Shown here: piece by piece, positions 13,679-26,482 of the stretch | How the letters are laid out: each line of letters opens with the position of its first letter | How positions within the stretch are numbered: position 1 is the first letter of the stretch | Assembly: GCA_009103225.1 (NCBI GenBank) | Contig: RHPI01001559.1 | Coordinates: forward strand, 66,274-130,273 | DNA from: Chlorokybus atmophyticus | Lineage: Eukaryota; Plantae; Mesostigma and Chlorokybus algae | Direction: 5' to 3' | DNA: 64,000 nt | Notes under the pieces: model-generated | Databases searched by the model: none | What the model was told of the DNA's origin: nothing | What the model saw: only the letters and a program-made list of their open reading frames with translations | Program-made: the position numbers and the translations under genes

Positions 13679-14366
13679 GGGGGGGCACACACATATGGCT
13701 GACGCTTGGACCAGGGGCAAAATGGGTGGCAAAGCGGGTGACAGACATGACCAGTTGCAGCTGACAGCAACTACCAACAGCCACTCACCATTAACACACA
13801 TGACGCACGCATGCACGCACGCAACCAGTACGGCATTCAGATGTGCCGAGCATCACACTTGAAGGAAGTTGCAAGTGCAGAGCGGCTGCACAGCTTGTAT
13901 ATCAATCACCTACGCTACTACCTTCACACGTCACACCAACACCATCTATTCTAAGTATGAATGTGGTTCTCAATGTCTGACGGGTTGAGTAGTCGTCTTC
14001 AAAATCATACCGTTTCTTCTCTAAACGTCATAGGTACCAACTCGATTTATTTGGGTTGTATGTAGTACAGGCGTGCATGCACACGACAGCAAGGTGCTGT
14101 TTGTGTGGCGATGAGACTGCTACCACCACCATGTGGGGTGGTATTCCGCACCTTCGTGAGCCATGTTTTCGCCTGTTACTTGATGATTCGCTGCGCTTGC
14201 TTATGGGGGGCTGTGAAGGATGTAGTTAAAAACTCTCACGCTTCTGCTTTATGTAGAGGTTGAAATTACAGGGGTGAGGAGATGGAACTCGCGCTCAACA
14301 TATGTTGTTCCCTGCGCAAACCCAACAGCAAACGTGAGCTAAGACACACACTGGAGCACACACAAC

Positions 14367-15649
14367 TCAATGCACAGCCACGTACGTTGCGCGCTTGCGC
14401 AGCTGAAACATCTTTTTGTACAAGGTCTGACGGTGGCGCCTGAAAGCTTGGGACACTGCAAACCAACATATAAATTGGAGGCAGATGGGATGTGCCCCGC
14501 ATGCCAACATGTGGCACATGTGCGAGTTGATGACAAGGCAACGCAAGCTTGCACGTACAAGGGGCGCCGGGGTTGGATGTGATGATGGAGCGCTGGTGCG
14601 ACAGGAGCTTGTTCGCAGACCCGCCACACAACAACTCCTGCAAATGACCAGGACAACAGACACACATCTTCAGTTTGTTGGCAGCATGTGCACATGTTTG
14701 CTCAGCACATAGGGCCTGCAGCACTTGACCGCATAACAGCACAATGTGCGTTTGAACAACGTACGGGCAGCTGGTGTTCGGAGTCAAGCTGTTTGACATA
14801 TTCTTGAATGCGGTCGAGGCTTTTGAGCTGCCGGTAAGGCCACCGCGGGATGCCCAACCGCCTCGCAAACTGCTTTATGCACTGCGATCACAACAGCACC
14901 ACAAACTTCAGGCACCACAACTCACAGTAACAAAGTGCAAGAGCGCACCCAACATACATACACTACATGACTTACAGTTCGGCCGACGCCCATGAAGTCA
15001 GCGGCGTCTTTGATCTGCATCTGGAAGGCAGCTTGAAGCATCTCTCTGGTGATGTGCGAGGTGGGGTCCAGCCGCCCCTTTCGCTGCTTCTTGCTGCCGC
15101 TGCTGTTGCCCGCGTGGCTGTGAGAACTGCCGTCCTCGCTGCTGCTGCTCGGGCTCTGGATATTGATGATGTCGCTGTTGGTGTAGTTGTTGTTGTGGTT
15201 GTGGGCGCCAGTGTTTCTGTTGTTGCCCGTCGCCTTGTTCCTCATGTCGTTGATGTCCGCAAGGCAGCTGTCGCTGATGTCCCACAGCTTGTGAAGTATC
15301 TGCGTGGCGGACTGGCGCACGCCTCCTTCTTGAGGATCGATGCTCGGCTCCATATGTACACATTGCTGCTGCTGCTGCTGCTGCTGTTCTCTCCTTTCAT
15401 GCTCTTCATCAACGCCCATCGACGGCCTCCACGCAGCTGCGAGGGCAGCATAGACAATCACTTTCAGATACTTCTTCTCATATAAAGTTGTACGTGTGTG
15501 GGGGTGTGTGGGGTTGGGTTGTTACCTATGTCAGGCACGATTAATGGGTCCGGATCAAAGTAGCCGCTTGCTGGGACGCTGAACACATCGTCAAATGTTG
15601 CACGGACGATTGGATAGTCCGAGCATTCAGGGTTGGAGACGGTCTCCAT
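14367..15649 (-). CDS. RWP-RK transcription factor, RKD-like; additional 5' exon(s) probably at about 16815-16955 beyond the GA repeat
   Basis: HITREMLQAAFQMQIKDAADFMGVGRT|CIKQFARRLGIPRWPYRQLKSL (intron 14882-14975). C-terminal SIITSNPG...FRRHRQTLYK resembles the RKD I..NP...KRLRQACFK motif. Confidence 0.85.
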
Positions 15650-15689
15650 GTTATCAAAAGCGTGCGAGAACTGCGGTACAAGACAAGCT

Positions 15690-16603
15690 TAGGGAGGGAG
15701 GGAGGGAGGGAGGGAGAGAGGAAGAGGGGGAGGGAGGGAGAGCGGGAGCAACAGCGTGCGCGGGCGCGAGCGTGCGAGAGCGAGAGCGAGCGAGAGAGCG
15801 AGAGCGAGCGAGAGAGCGAGCGAGAGCGAGCGAGAGCCAGAGCGAGAGAGAGAGAGAGCGAGAGTGAGCGAGAGTGAGCGAGCGAGAGCGAGCGAGAGCG
15901 AGAGAGCGCGAGCGCGAGAGCGAGAGCGACAGCGAGAGCGAGCGTGAGCGAGCGAGAGCGAGCGAGAGCGAGAGCGAGCGAGAGCGAGAGAGAGCGAGAG
16001 AGAGCGAGAGAGAGCGAGAGAGCGAGAGCGAGAGAGAGCGAGAGAGAGCGAGAGAGAGCGAGAGANNNNNNNNNNNNNNNNNNNNNNNNNNNNNNNNNNN
16101 NNNNNNNNNNNNNNNNNNNNNNNNNNNNNNNNNNNNNNNNNNNNNNNNNNNNNNNNNNNNNNNNNNNNNNNNNNNNNNNNNNNNNNNNNNNNNNNNNNNN
16201 NNNNNNNNNNNNNNNNNNNNNNNNNNNNNNNNNNNNNNNNNNNNNNNNNNNNNNNNNNNNNNNNNNNNNNNNNNNNNNNNNNNNNNNNNNNNNNNNNNNN
16301 NNNNNNNNNNNNNNNNNNNNNNNNNNNNNNNNNNNNNNNNNNNNNNNNNNNNNNNNNNNNNNNNNNNNNNNNNNNNNNNNNNNNNNNNNNNNNNNNNNNN
16401 NNNNNNNNNNNNNNNNNNNNNNNNNNNNNNNNNNNNNNNNNNNNNNNNNNNNNNNNNNNNNNNNNNNNNNNNNNNNNNNNNNNNNNNNNNNNNNNNNNNN
16501 NNNNNNNNNNNNNNNNNNNNNNNNNNNNNNNNNNNNNNNNNNNNNNNNNNNNNNNNNNNNNNNNNNNNNNNNNNNNNNNNNNNNNNNNNNNNNNNNNNNN
16601 NNN

Positions 16604-16642
<39 letters not shown>
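15690..16642. repeat. (GA)n/(GAGC)n compound microsatellite spanning gap 16066-16603
   Basis: Directly visible simple repeat, probably intronic to the RWP-RK gene. Confidence 0.95.
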
Positions 16643-16645
<3 letters not shown>

Positions 16646-18879
16646 CAGCGAGCGAGCGTCATGTTCAACAGGTGTCATGCTTTCAATTGAAAACTGACCA
16701 CCCACCAGCGACCTGTAGCATAATAGAGCTTGCTTACGACAATTACAGTGGTGCTTCTTGAAATGCTTTGAGAGTTTGCGCAAACAGACAGACATTTGTG
16801 ACGACAGTCTCACCTGGGGCTGCTGAGGTTGTCGTTGGTGGGAATGGGGTCGCTTACGTTGTTGGGGGTGGAGACGTTGTTCATGTGGATGTGGCACTGC
16901 TGGCAGCTGCCAGAGGCATTGACATACGTCAACTCTGCTGGACTCAGCATCCTGTCCACACACGCAGAGTCTGAGACAACTAATTGTCAATTGACCAAGT
17001 GCAGCATACGCGACCTGAGCAGAAACAAGTTCACAGGAGAACCTTGCAAGAGCAAATTCTGTAATCACTCTTGCAAGAAGCAAGGAGGAAGAGCAATACT
17101 CATGAAATTGTTTGACAGCTGGCAGTGCAAGCACATAGAGCTCGACCCCTAATTGACAAGAGCTCAGCAGCAGCCATACCCCTGTATGTGCTGTACTACT
17201 GGCGGAAGGTCAAACTCGCTTCATGCCCCAAGCAACCGAAGCTTAGGGCAGGGAGTCACTTGCCACGTATTGGTCTGTCTCCTCAGCGACCTCCTCCTTC
17301 CCCTCCACCTCCTTCGCCACCCCTTCCCGCCCAGCAAGCAGCAGCAACAGCAGCAGGCAGATTGCCCGCAGCACGCACTGCTATTTGCCTGGTTTGCTTT
17401 TTCGTCAATTCCTTCAATTCTTAATGATACATACAATCCAATTGACATGCACAAATATCCGCGCGGACAAAGTCCCCAGGGCAGGGTGCGGCCGGCTGCA
17501 TCAGCAACTGTCCGACGCAGCGAGCAGGCAGACCGAAGGTTTACTCTACACAAGGGCTGGGATTATCTAATGAACCGGCTGAGCCGGTCAGACTCCCACC
17601 CGGCGACTTGTTCTCAAGTGTGTATGTTGGCTCTTTGAAACATTGTGTCGAGGGGGGGGCGCCGCGCCAAAGATTCCTTTCTGCCTGGCAGGGATGTCTC
17701 CTACCTACCGCGGCACCTATTGATGTCGATTTGGTGTGTCAGAGGTGCGATTCAATACTGCTAATGTTGTCATGGCTCCGTTAGTTATAACCGAAGACTT
17801 ATTCAGCGCCGGGACGCGGGGGGCTGATTCGTTACAACCCAACGTACGCTGCACGTGTTGGTGAACGCTTATTGTACTACGGTGCTAGTACGACAGGCTT
17901 TATCGTCGTGGTGCGCTATGTACTATTGAGGGACGCGGCTTCGTGTCCTTGCTGCGACATGCGAGGGCTGATCCGGAATTGGGGTGTGTCCAAGCAGCTT
18001 GTCAGGTTGCCTGACGCACAGTGAACAGTCTAGACCCAACGCAGTGCCGTGTTCCGACCCAAGATGCACTCATTCGTCAAAAAAAGGATATCATATCAGG
18101 TGAGTACCAGCGCTCAGCAACGGTTTTGAAAAGTGTAATCCCCGACGTCGGATAAACCATCAGGCTACATTCCTTCTGCAATTAGCTGACTCCAAGGCGG
18201 ACTGCAGAGGCTTTCTCAGAGGTTGAAGTTGGAGTTGTTTAATGACGTGTTTATCACACAACTTCGTGACTCAAGCGCAACAAAGACGGTGATTTCAGGA
18301 CGGAACCTACCAGTAGTAGCCTGCCACGTCGGGCAAAGCTGAAAGAGTCAATCAGTCAGGCAGTTGACTAGGACCTGACCAGAACAAGAATCCACATGAC
18401 ACTATGAGTCGTCGTCCTCAAGCCGTGATTCGGCGGTTACTGGTCGTAATGAAAGCTGCTGTAATGTGTTCGTTGCCGTGACACTTTGTCGCCCTTTCAA
18501 CACGTTTGTTGGCTTGTAGTGCCCCACCTGGGGTTGGGCTTGGGTTATAACGCTCGCCACTCATTAACGTGCCGGTTCTGGCGGCATGGTTCCATGCTAG
18601 CGGAGGGAGGACCTTTTCGGTGGCTCAGAAGGTCAACCCTCCGAAGGCTCCTTGAGGATAAGCGTGTTGGATGGTCTCATCATGAGACTCTTATGCATGT
18701 GCATTACAATCTGACCCTTGTATGAGGGAGGTTCCCATCGGAAACCCACCAGCCAAATCACTGCGCAAATCCCTTCGCTGTAAGCACTGTCTCTATCCGA
18801 ACCCAGCTAGCTCATTGCTGGAGATTAGCAATCAAACATGCATACAACCGTTTGTTGATAGACTTTTAAACGTTTTACA

Positions 18880-18891
18880 CGCACACGCACG

Positions 18892-18925
<34 letters not shown>

Positions 18926-19530
18926 CACACACACGCACATATCCGTATATACACATATATATATATATATATANNNNNNNNNNNNNNNNNNNNNNNNNNN
19001 NNNNNNNNNNNNNNNNNNNNNNNNNNNNNNNNNNNNNNNNNNNNNNNNNNNNNNNNNNNNNNNNNNNNNNNNNNNNNNNNNNNNNNNNNNNNNNNNNNNN
19101 NNNNNNNNNNNNNNNNNNNNNNNNNNNNNNNNNNNNNNNNNNNNNNNNNNNNNNNNNNNNNNNNNNNNNNNNNNNNNNNNNNNNNNNNNNNNNNNNNNNN
19201 NNNNNNNNNNNNNNNNNNNNNNNNNNNNNNNNNNNNNNNNNNNNNNNNNNNNNNNNNNNNNNNNNNNNNNNNNNNNNNNNNNNNNNNNNNNNNNNNNNNN
19301 NNNNNNNNNNNNNNNNNNNNNNNNNNNNNNNNNNNNNNNNNNNNNNNNNNNNNNNNNNNNNNNNNNNNNNNNNNNNNNNNNNNNNNNNNNNNNNNNNNNN
19401 NNNNNNNNNNNNNNNNNNNNNNNNNNNNNNNNNNNNNNNNNNNNNNNNNNNNNNNNNNNNNNNNNNNNNNTATATATATATATATATATATGTGTATATG
19501 TGTATACATATGTATATATGTATATATGTG

Positions 19531-19561
<31 letters not shown>

Positions 19562-19611
19562 GTATATGTATACACATATATACATATATATATATGTATG
19601 TATGTATATAC
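18880..19611. repeat. (CA)n/(TA)n/(TATATG)n microsatellite spanning gap 18974-19470
   Basis: Directly visible simple repeat. Confidence 0.95.
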
Positions 19612-21132
19612 AATGACTGCATGTTCAAACTCAACATACATAGTGTGTATGTTATAACGACCCAATCTAATCAACTGTACGTATGCACTTAAATCCTATG
19701 TAATCTCATTATGCAGACGCTTTTTGTTATTGTCAACAAAGCATGTAAACTGTGTTGAACATGCACATTGTTAAATGAGAGAGTGCACGCATTGGTTCAT
19801 TGTAATATGATGCAAATGCGAGCACCATGATGGCGCATTTGCACTCAAGTACTTAACCGTTCGCGAGACAAGGATGTAAGCGGGTTTCTTGTGATATTAT
19901 AAAATTAATATTTTCATTACCTCATAAATACCTTAATCGTGACATCTCTTTTGCTTGCGCATGGACACATTCTTGTGCTCACATTTGCCTATCTTTCACA
20001 CCCTGCACGGATTCTAATGTGAGCAATGCGCATTACGTTGATGTGCGGAGCGGCGTATGTCCATGCTTAATCGTTTAATTTGTTTCCATTATTGTAGTAA
20101 ACGTATTTTTGTAAGTATGATAATATATATCCTTGTCTATACAAAACTCTATGTAATGGTGCAATCGTCTTTTTATATTGGGCGACTATATCAATGTGTG
20201 ACACGAGCGTAATTAAGATATTGGCTGACTCGAGAAATGTTGTAATCTACATTGCATCATACATAACCTCCTTTAAGCAAGTTGTTATATGTCAACAATG
20301 TATCAGCTGGCTAAATGTATCTTTCACGCAGATATCATGCATCATGAACTTTCTCGTGTGTTCGTATGGACCATGAATGTGAAGACCAAGGCCAACACGG
20401 TGACAGCATCAAGTTTATAATCTTTTTGCACAGATAAACTTACATGTGCCATCCGTGTTAGAATGTTGATTACATGAGCAAGTAGAATATTGTAGAATGA
20501 TACCTTAGTGAATGGTTGCCTTGCAGTTGCTTGCGTGCTTGATCCTAATGGCTCCGATATTAACCTGCAGCCTTTCTAAAAGGCTGCAGGTTGATACACA
20601 ACTATAAGTCATAATTGTGTTGCGACAGGTGCACGAGAAATGTGTGAACCCTTAGCGGCCGGGGCTTGGCACATGCATTGTGCAAGTCATCATGGTTGTG
20701 CCACGTAAATTGGGTCTTGCGCAACTGGCCCAACCTCTCTCCCTCTACTTCTACCTCTCCTTCTGCAGATAGTGCAAGCAGCCCATGCTCATGTGCTACT
20801 ACCTGTCTGTTGCAATTTGCACGTAGGCCCTTGTATGTTAGTGTTGGTTGCGTGTAGTGTTTATTGGTTGTGGTCAATATGGTCAATATGGTCAGTATGG
20901 TGTGCGTTCCTTGCTTTGTGGCCCCTTTCTTTATAACAATATAACATGCCAATCGCAATCGTTATGCAGGATTGAAAGGTCCATATTAGTTTCCGAAGCT
21001 AACATGGACCGTCTAAGACAAGAGAGTTATCACAAAGCACTGCTCGTGGTGCACATGACATGTACTACTTACAAATGAGCTTACGAGGTCATATCGAGAC
21101 GCCGGCGGGTGCATGAAAAAGCTCTCGCCGAG

Positions 21133-21328
21133 TACCGTATTGCCGCAAAATCATCAATAAAGCAATAATTTTAGCTGGGCATTATATGAAGAATATCAAA
21201 TGATTGGCGGCCATTTCTATTCAGTCTAGTGGTAATGCACTAGAGTGCATTGGTGCGCGGGGTTTTGATAAAAATAAAACTAACTTTTTGGCCGCCGCAA
21301 AATATGAAAAATTCGCGGCACTACGGTA
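21133..21328. mobile_element. About 192-bp MITE of Tc1/mariner (Tc2/pogo-like) type with TA target duplication
   Basis: TA|CCGTATTGCCGCAAAAT at 21133 and ATTCGCGGCACTACGG|TA ending 21328: a 17-bp TIR with 3 mismatches around an AT-rich noncoding interior. Confidence 0.7.
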
Positions 21329-22158
21329 GCTGTTAATAATCAAACACAAAATCGGTTTCATTTATGTGCAGATCTTCAACGTTATAATCTGTAATGTTAT
21401 TATTTGTAAGTTACAAGTAGCCAAGTTTGGCTATTTTGAACAAGTAGTAATACTTTCAGCAAGTGATTACTCTCAATGTACTTATTCAAGTAACTACGTT
21501 GACTCAATGTTGTTTAGTCTACACATGATTAAGCCTACTAAAAGGTCATGTCAGCGTTAGTGCTAATGACCCTTCAATACTCTCACTTCAATAGGCTGTG
21601 TAAGTTGATGCGTAACGTTATGGTAAAATTTTGGGCTTGAGCTCTATTTCCATAAGCTGCATGACACCACACCATACCTTGTTGAAAGTGGTGCAAAAGC
21701 ATTTGATGATCATGGAGTGCACAGCATAAACCATCAAAAAACACACAAACATTGTCACAAGCCTCAACCTAGGTGCAATTCGGACACTAGGCTATCCATA
21801 GATTGTAGGTTAACTGAAGCAGATTGGTGATGCTGGCATCGGCAGACATAGAAAGGTGCTCAGGCTTTCTTCCGTATGTGACGAAACCCTATACAACATA
21901 CAATGACAGACATTGTGTACACGCACGCAAACTGCCTTTGTTCCAATGGTCTACAAGCATAACATAAATGCCCCGCTTGCCAGATGTTGCGCAACACCAG
22001 CATGCAGCCGATTCGCGTGTATGATATGGCTAACATGATGACCTCCTGGGCTAGTGGCCTGGCATCCAGGCCAGGCACAAAGGTATGCAACCAATAGCCT
22101 AGGGTTCACGGACTCTCAATCTAGTATACAACTCTGCCAAAAAAAGTGACAAAGGCAG

Positions 22159-25100
22159 CTACAACAGGCGGAACATCTGATTGCAGATCCAAAACGTTGG
22201 CGACTGCGAAGGCATGAGAACAAACACCTCGGAAAACTTCTGGTTGTTCGCCATTGCGTTGTTGCCCCGCAACCGTCCGCTCACCAACACCAACATGCCG
22301 CCGCTGCTGTACGGCGTGCAGTCCACATGCTCCATCACATGCGTGAGGTTGCCAAACGCACAATGAATCTGCGAGCACACAGCGAGGCCGTGTTATGGGC
22401 TACATGGCACCTCAATGCACCACTTGCGCACACACACTGTAATTATACTTGACGCGTAATAATGCAGTGCGCAATATTACGTTGACAGCCAGTCAGTCAT
22501 CCGCACCAAGAAGCTATCACTCTTGCAATGGTTGTTGCATGATGTCTCTGCTGTGGCTGTGCACGATAGCCGATAGCTTCCTTCACACTGATTTCACAGC
22601 AACAACAACAACAGCAGCAACAGCACCAACACCGACACCAACATCAGCAGCAGCAGCAGTGACATTGTGCTGCTGTATAAGTTGACTGACTCTGCTAGCT
22701 TCATGTATGCTGTTGTAAATGTTACCCAGCAGCGGTCAGCTGCTGATGTTCTGCTAGTCGATGATGCTAAACATACTGTCAAGCTGTCATTCAAACGATT
22801 CTGATAGCGTGACAGCGCTGGTGTCACGCAGCCAGTTGACTTACCTGATAGTTTGCGGCGAGCTTGTGCATGATGGCTGTGACACCCTGCACGGCGTCAC
22901 CAGCGTAGGTGAGGCGCGACTCCTCCTTGTACAGCCCTGCGAGCTGCGCCAGCGTGGTGGGGGACGAGTCGAACATGGCATAGAAGTGGCCCGCAAACAT
23001 CTGAGCCATTGCTGTGAGCGCCTCCGTGGAGTCAAACACCGTGCTCACGTAAGCAGCCAAGTCGATGCGCTGTTGCGCGTACTTCAAAACGAATGGATGC
23101 CGCAGCAGCTGTTGCGAGACACGTTCTTAGCAAGTGGTTGAGCAGTTTACCAAACTGTTCTTAAGGGTTGCTGTTATGGCAACATGCTTGACAACACAGA
23201 CATCCCCACGCCGACAGCTAGGACTTGCCTGCTCGGCGGTCGGGCGCTTGCTGGGGTCCTTTAGCAAGCATGCAGCGATGAGCAATCTGAGCTCAGGAGA
23301 GAAGCCCTGTGCCGGCGGCTCTGGCGAGGGGTCATTCATGACCTATCCAGTTGAACAGGCACACAGTTACGCATACGAACGAAACAAACAAGCACGCACA
23401 TGCATGGATGACTGGGGCAGCGTGCAAACAAGGATCGTGTAAGTTGTCAATGCATACCTGCAACATGAGATGCAATGGTCCGCCCGTTGCATTGTAAGGG
23501 TACACTCCTGTAGCGCACTCCAGCAACGTGAGACCGAGACTCCAGATGTCCGCCGGATATGAGTATGGCGCATTGTTGATGCGCTCCGGGCTCATGTAAG
23601 TAACCGTTCCGACAAACGTGGCGCACATGGCCATGGTCGTGTCCAAGCCGGCACTAATGCCAAAGTCCGAGATCTTGGCCTGCAGCAAAGGATCCCACAA
23701 GTTGACACCGTGTAAGCAACTTAACAACAACGACAGCATACTGTTAACTTGAATACATCAGCAGGATACAAGGATGGAGTGTTGCCAATGTGTGAGCATT
23801 ACCTGAAACCAGCCACTGATAGAGATATGCTCACATTGTGACCACGCAGCGTGCGGCAGCTCAACCAGATGATACACCCAAAGACTTGTGCACGACGCAC
23901 GACACGCATACACACTACTGTCGTCAAGTTACCTCGCCGGCGAGGTTCATGAGGATATTGGCGGGTTTGATGTCTCTGTGCACGAGGTGCCTGGTAGAGT
24001 GCAAGAAGCTGAGGCCCTGCAGCACGCGCTCAGCAATCCTTGCCAGTAAATTCTCTGGGATCTTACCCGCCCTCACCAGCACGTCCGCTGGGAGGAGGCA
24101 AACCAAGGTCAAACACAAGAGCTGACTTTATATTCAGTGCTTTGCACTAGGATGCATTGTCATACCAAGTGAGCCACCATCGACAAGCTCCAATGCGATT
24201 GATATCTGCCCACTGTCGGGAAGAAAGAAGGCACCATAAAACGACACCAAACCCGGAGCGTCCTTGGCTTCACACAGCATCCGTATCTCATTCAACATCT
24301 GCTGTCGCTTTTCCTGAAAGCGACATTTGGCAACTGCCATCAGTAAGGATGCCATACTGCAATCCACCAACGCGATATGAGATGGCGCGCACGCGTGCGC
24401 ACAGATACATGGTGCTGAATGCAGATGCGCACATGCGCACATGCTTCGGCATGCAAAAGCACAAGCTGACACACACACACACACACACACACACATGCGC
24501 GCTCTTGCACACGCACCTTGTCAAACACGTTGATGTTTTTGAGCGCAACAAAGCGATGCGTAGGGATGTGGATTGCCCTTCGCACCACGGACGAGGCCCC
24601 CTTCCCAATGGGCTCGAAGACACGCATCTCGCTGGCGCTACACTTATAGTGAACGTCTTTTGAGTCGCCCATCACCATGCCCGACCCCGGTGTGTTCCCC
24701 GTCCGCCTTGACAACCCATCCTGCGTTGCAACGCAAGTTGAAAAGATGTACTTTGAAGCAACAAACCTGCTTGAACACGTCAATTACAACTACTTGACTG
24801 TGAGCGACTGCAAAACACCATCGACTCTAACTACTATGATCCCATTATCAGGTCAGTCATTGACGCATTGACACTACCCAGCTATGACCAAGAAAGCATC
24901 ATCGACAAGAACAATCGATGGAGTGATTGATCTAACTATAAGTCATGCAAGCATTAAGTGTTTACCTGATTGATGTTGTACTCGCCGCATGATTGGCTCA
25001 GCAAATTCAGAGTGCCCGCAGCGGTGACCTGTTGTGCGCAAAGTTTTGCATATTGTTAACACTATCACAATGACCTTGACAAACGAAGCGTTTAAGATTG

Positions 25101-26062
25101 CGCGTCAGATTTCGTCATCACTGTATGCAACTGCCCAGTGCCTTTTCATTCAAACACATGTGCACGTGAGGATGAATCACGCGCTCGATCAGTGTTATTC
25201 TGCACGGATGTTCATGCAGCGACGATGGAACATGACTGGTACAACAGAACCGGCATTTCTGGCACTCACTTGTGCAACTGCTACTGATAATGGTGATGAT
25301 GATGATTAGCGGTGCCAATGCAAACTCCGTCTTTATCTAGTAAAAGATAGACAGCGGATAGAAAACTCATCCAACTGACGAAGTACTCATTCAAGTAACA
25401 CCTATATGTATATATCAACATACATCTACATAAGGACAAACAGCTGATTGATTCCCCGACAATCTACCCGAGGGATGTCAAGCAAGTTCAATATCAATAA
25501 GCGAGTAAGTGAGCAACTGAGTCAACAGATCAGAACTGACACTCACTGACTAAAGCACTGAGCGCACAAATGCAACAATATACATGAACTGAGTGATTGA
25601 GCAAGCGATTGAGACAATTGACAATTGAGTAAATCATACCTGTCTCATACGTAACTCAATCACTCAGCTGCATAGATTCAAAGAGAAGTTCGTGAATCAA
25701 TCACTCATCCACATCTGCACTGACATCGTCATCAAGATATACACCAAGATTGAGTCAATGAATGATGGAATTAGTGACTCAACACTGACACTGTATGACT
25801 GATTGCACATGCGCAGAGTTGAATATACATGGGGTGAGTGAACGAGCAAGCGATTGAACCAATGCAAGACTAAATACCGTGAAAGTGTGAGGGAGTGAAT
25901 AAATGAGTGAAGTGCATGAGCGAAGTAATCGCTTCATACTTTGTAAGAGTTGTTGAGGTCGGCTGAGGGTCCGCCTGTGAGGCTGGGGGTGTCAATTTGG
26001 GTGAGGAGGGGGGGCTTTTTCTTGAGGGCAGCCGGTGGAGGCCTCCTGCTGCTGGCCGCCAT
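22159..26062 (-). CDS. MKK3: Group B MAP kinase kinase with C-terminal NTF2-like domain
   Basis: [86 protein letters not shown], then NTF2 region ([10 protein letters not shown]...LAGLYKEES; FSEVFVL...[11 protein letters not shown]). Collinear with plant MKK3 as remembered. Confidence 0.95.
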
Positions 26063-26113
26063 GCTTGTGGTATGCAACAATTTCAAGTACTGTCCTTTGA
26101 TGCAGTGCTTGCT

Positions 26114-26185
26114 TCACTCCAACCCTAATGCAAAGCCCTCCTCAAGAGGCCCGCCTGAGGCTGCTGCGGCCGCCGCCTGCTCCAT
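26114..26185 (-). other. 23-codon upstream ORF in the MKK3 leader (MEQAAAAAASGGPLEEGFALGLE*)
   Basis: ATG at 26185 in GCCATGG context; TGA ends 52 nt upstream of the main ATG at 26062. Confidence 0.45.
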
Positions 26186-26415
26186 GGCTGAGCTGAGCTA
26201 AGGGAGGGAGCAAAACTCCTCCAGCTGGTGCACACACCCACACAAGCACAAGCATTACATCGCCCACACGGCCGACAACATCACGGCCACCACCGCCACT
26301 ACCGTCACCACAGCAAAATGCAACCACTTTGTTTAGCTTTTTCTGATGATTTGCTTTTCTTTCTTTGGTGCTTGTGCGTCAACCGCACAAATTCGTGCAT
26401 TTGACGCACAAGCAT

Positions 26416-26431
26416 TAAACCCTAACCCTAA
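26416..26431 (+). promoter_or_regulatory. Telo-box (AAACCCTAA plus ACCCTAA) in the MKK3/NDUFB11 divergent promoter
   Basis: taaaccctaaccctaa about 50 nt upstream of the NDUFB11 ATG; other copies at 26121-26128 and 4772-4780. Confidence 0.55.
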
Positions 26432-26482
26432 GGAGGTGGTAGAGGTGGCGGAGGAAAAGGAGGAGGGTGGCCGCCGCGGCGG

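Noticed and set aside
12629-13816. ORFs of 265-395 aa
   Set aside because: Mostly N; artefacts of the gap.
15595-16761. Long RE/RA- and SL-rich ORFs
   Set aside because: Translations of the GA microsatellite and N-gap.
18480-18720. Hairpin-rich stretch (GACCTT...AAGGTC) resembling an ncRNA
   Set aside because: No match to tRNA, snRNA, SRP or U3 hallmarks that I can recognise.
18722-19692. Long YI/HT-rich ORFs
   Set aside because: Translations of the TA repeat and N-gap.
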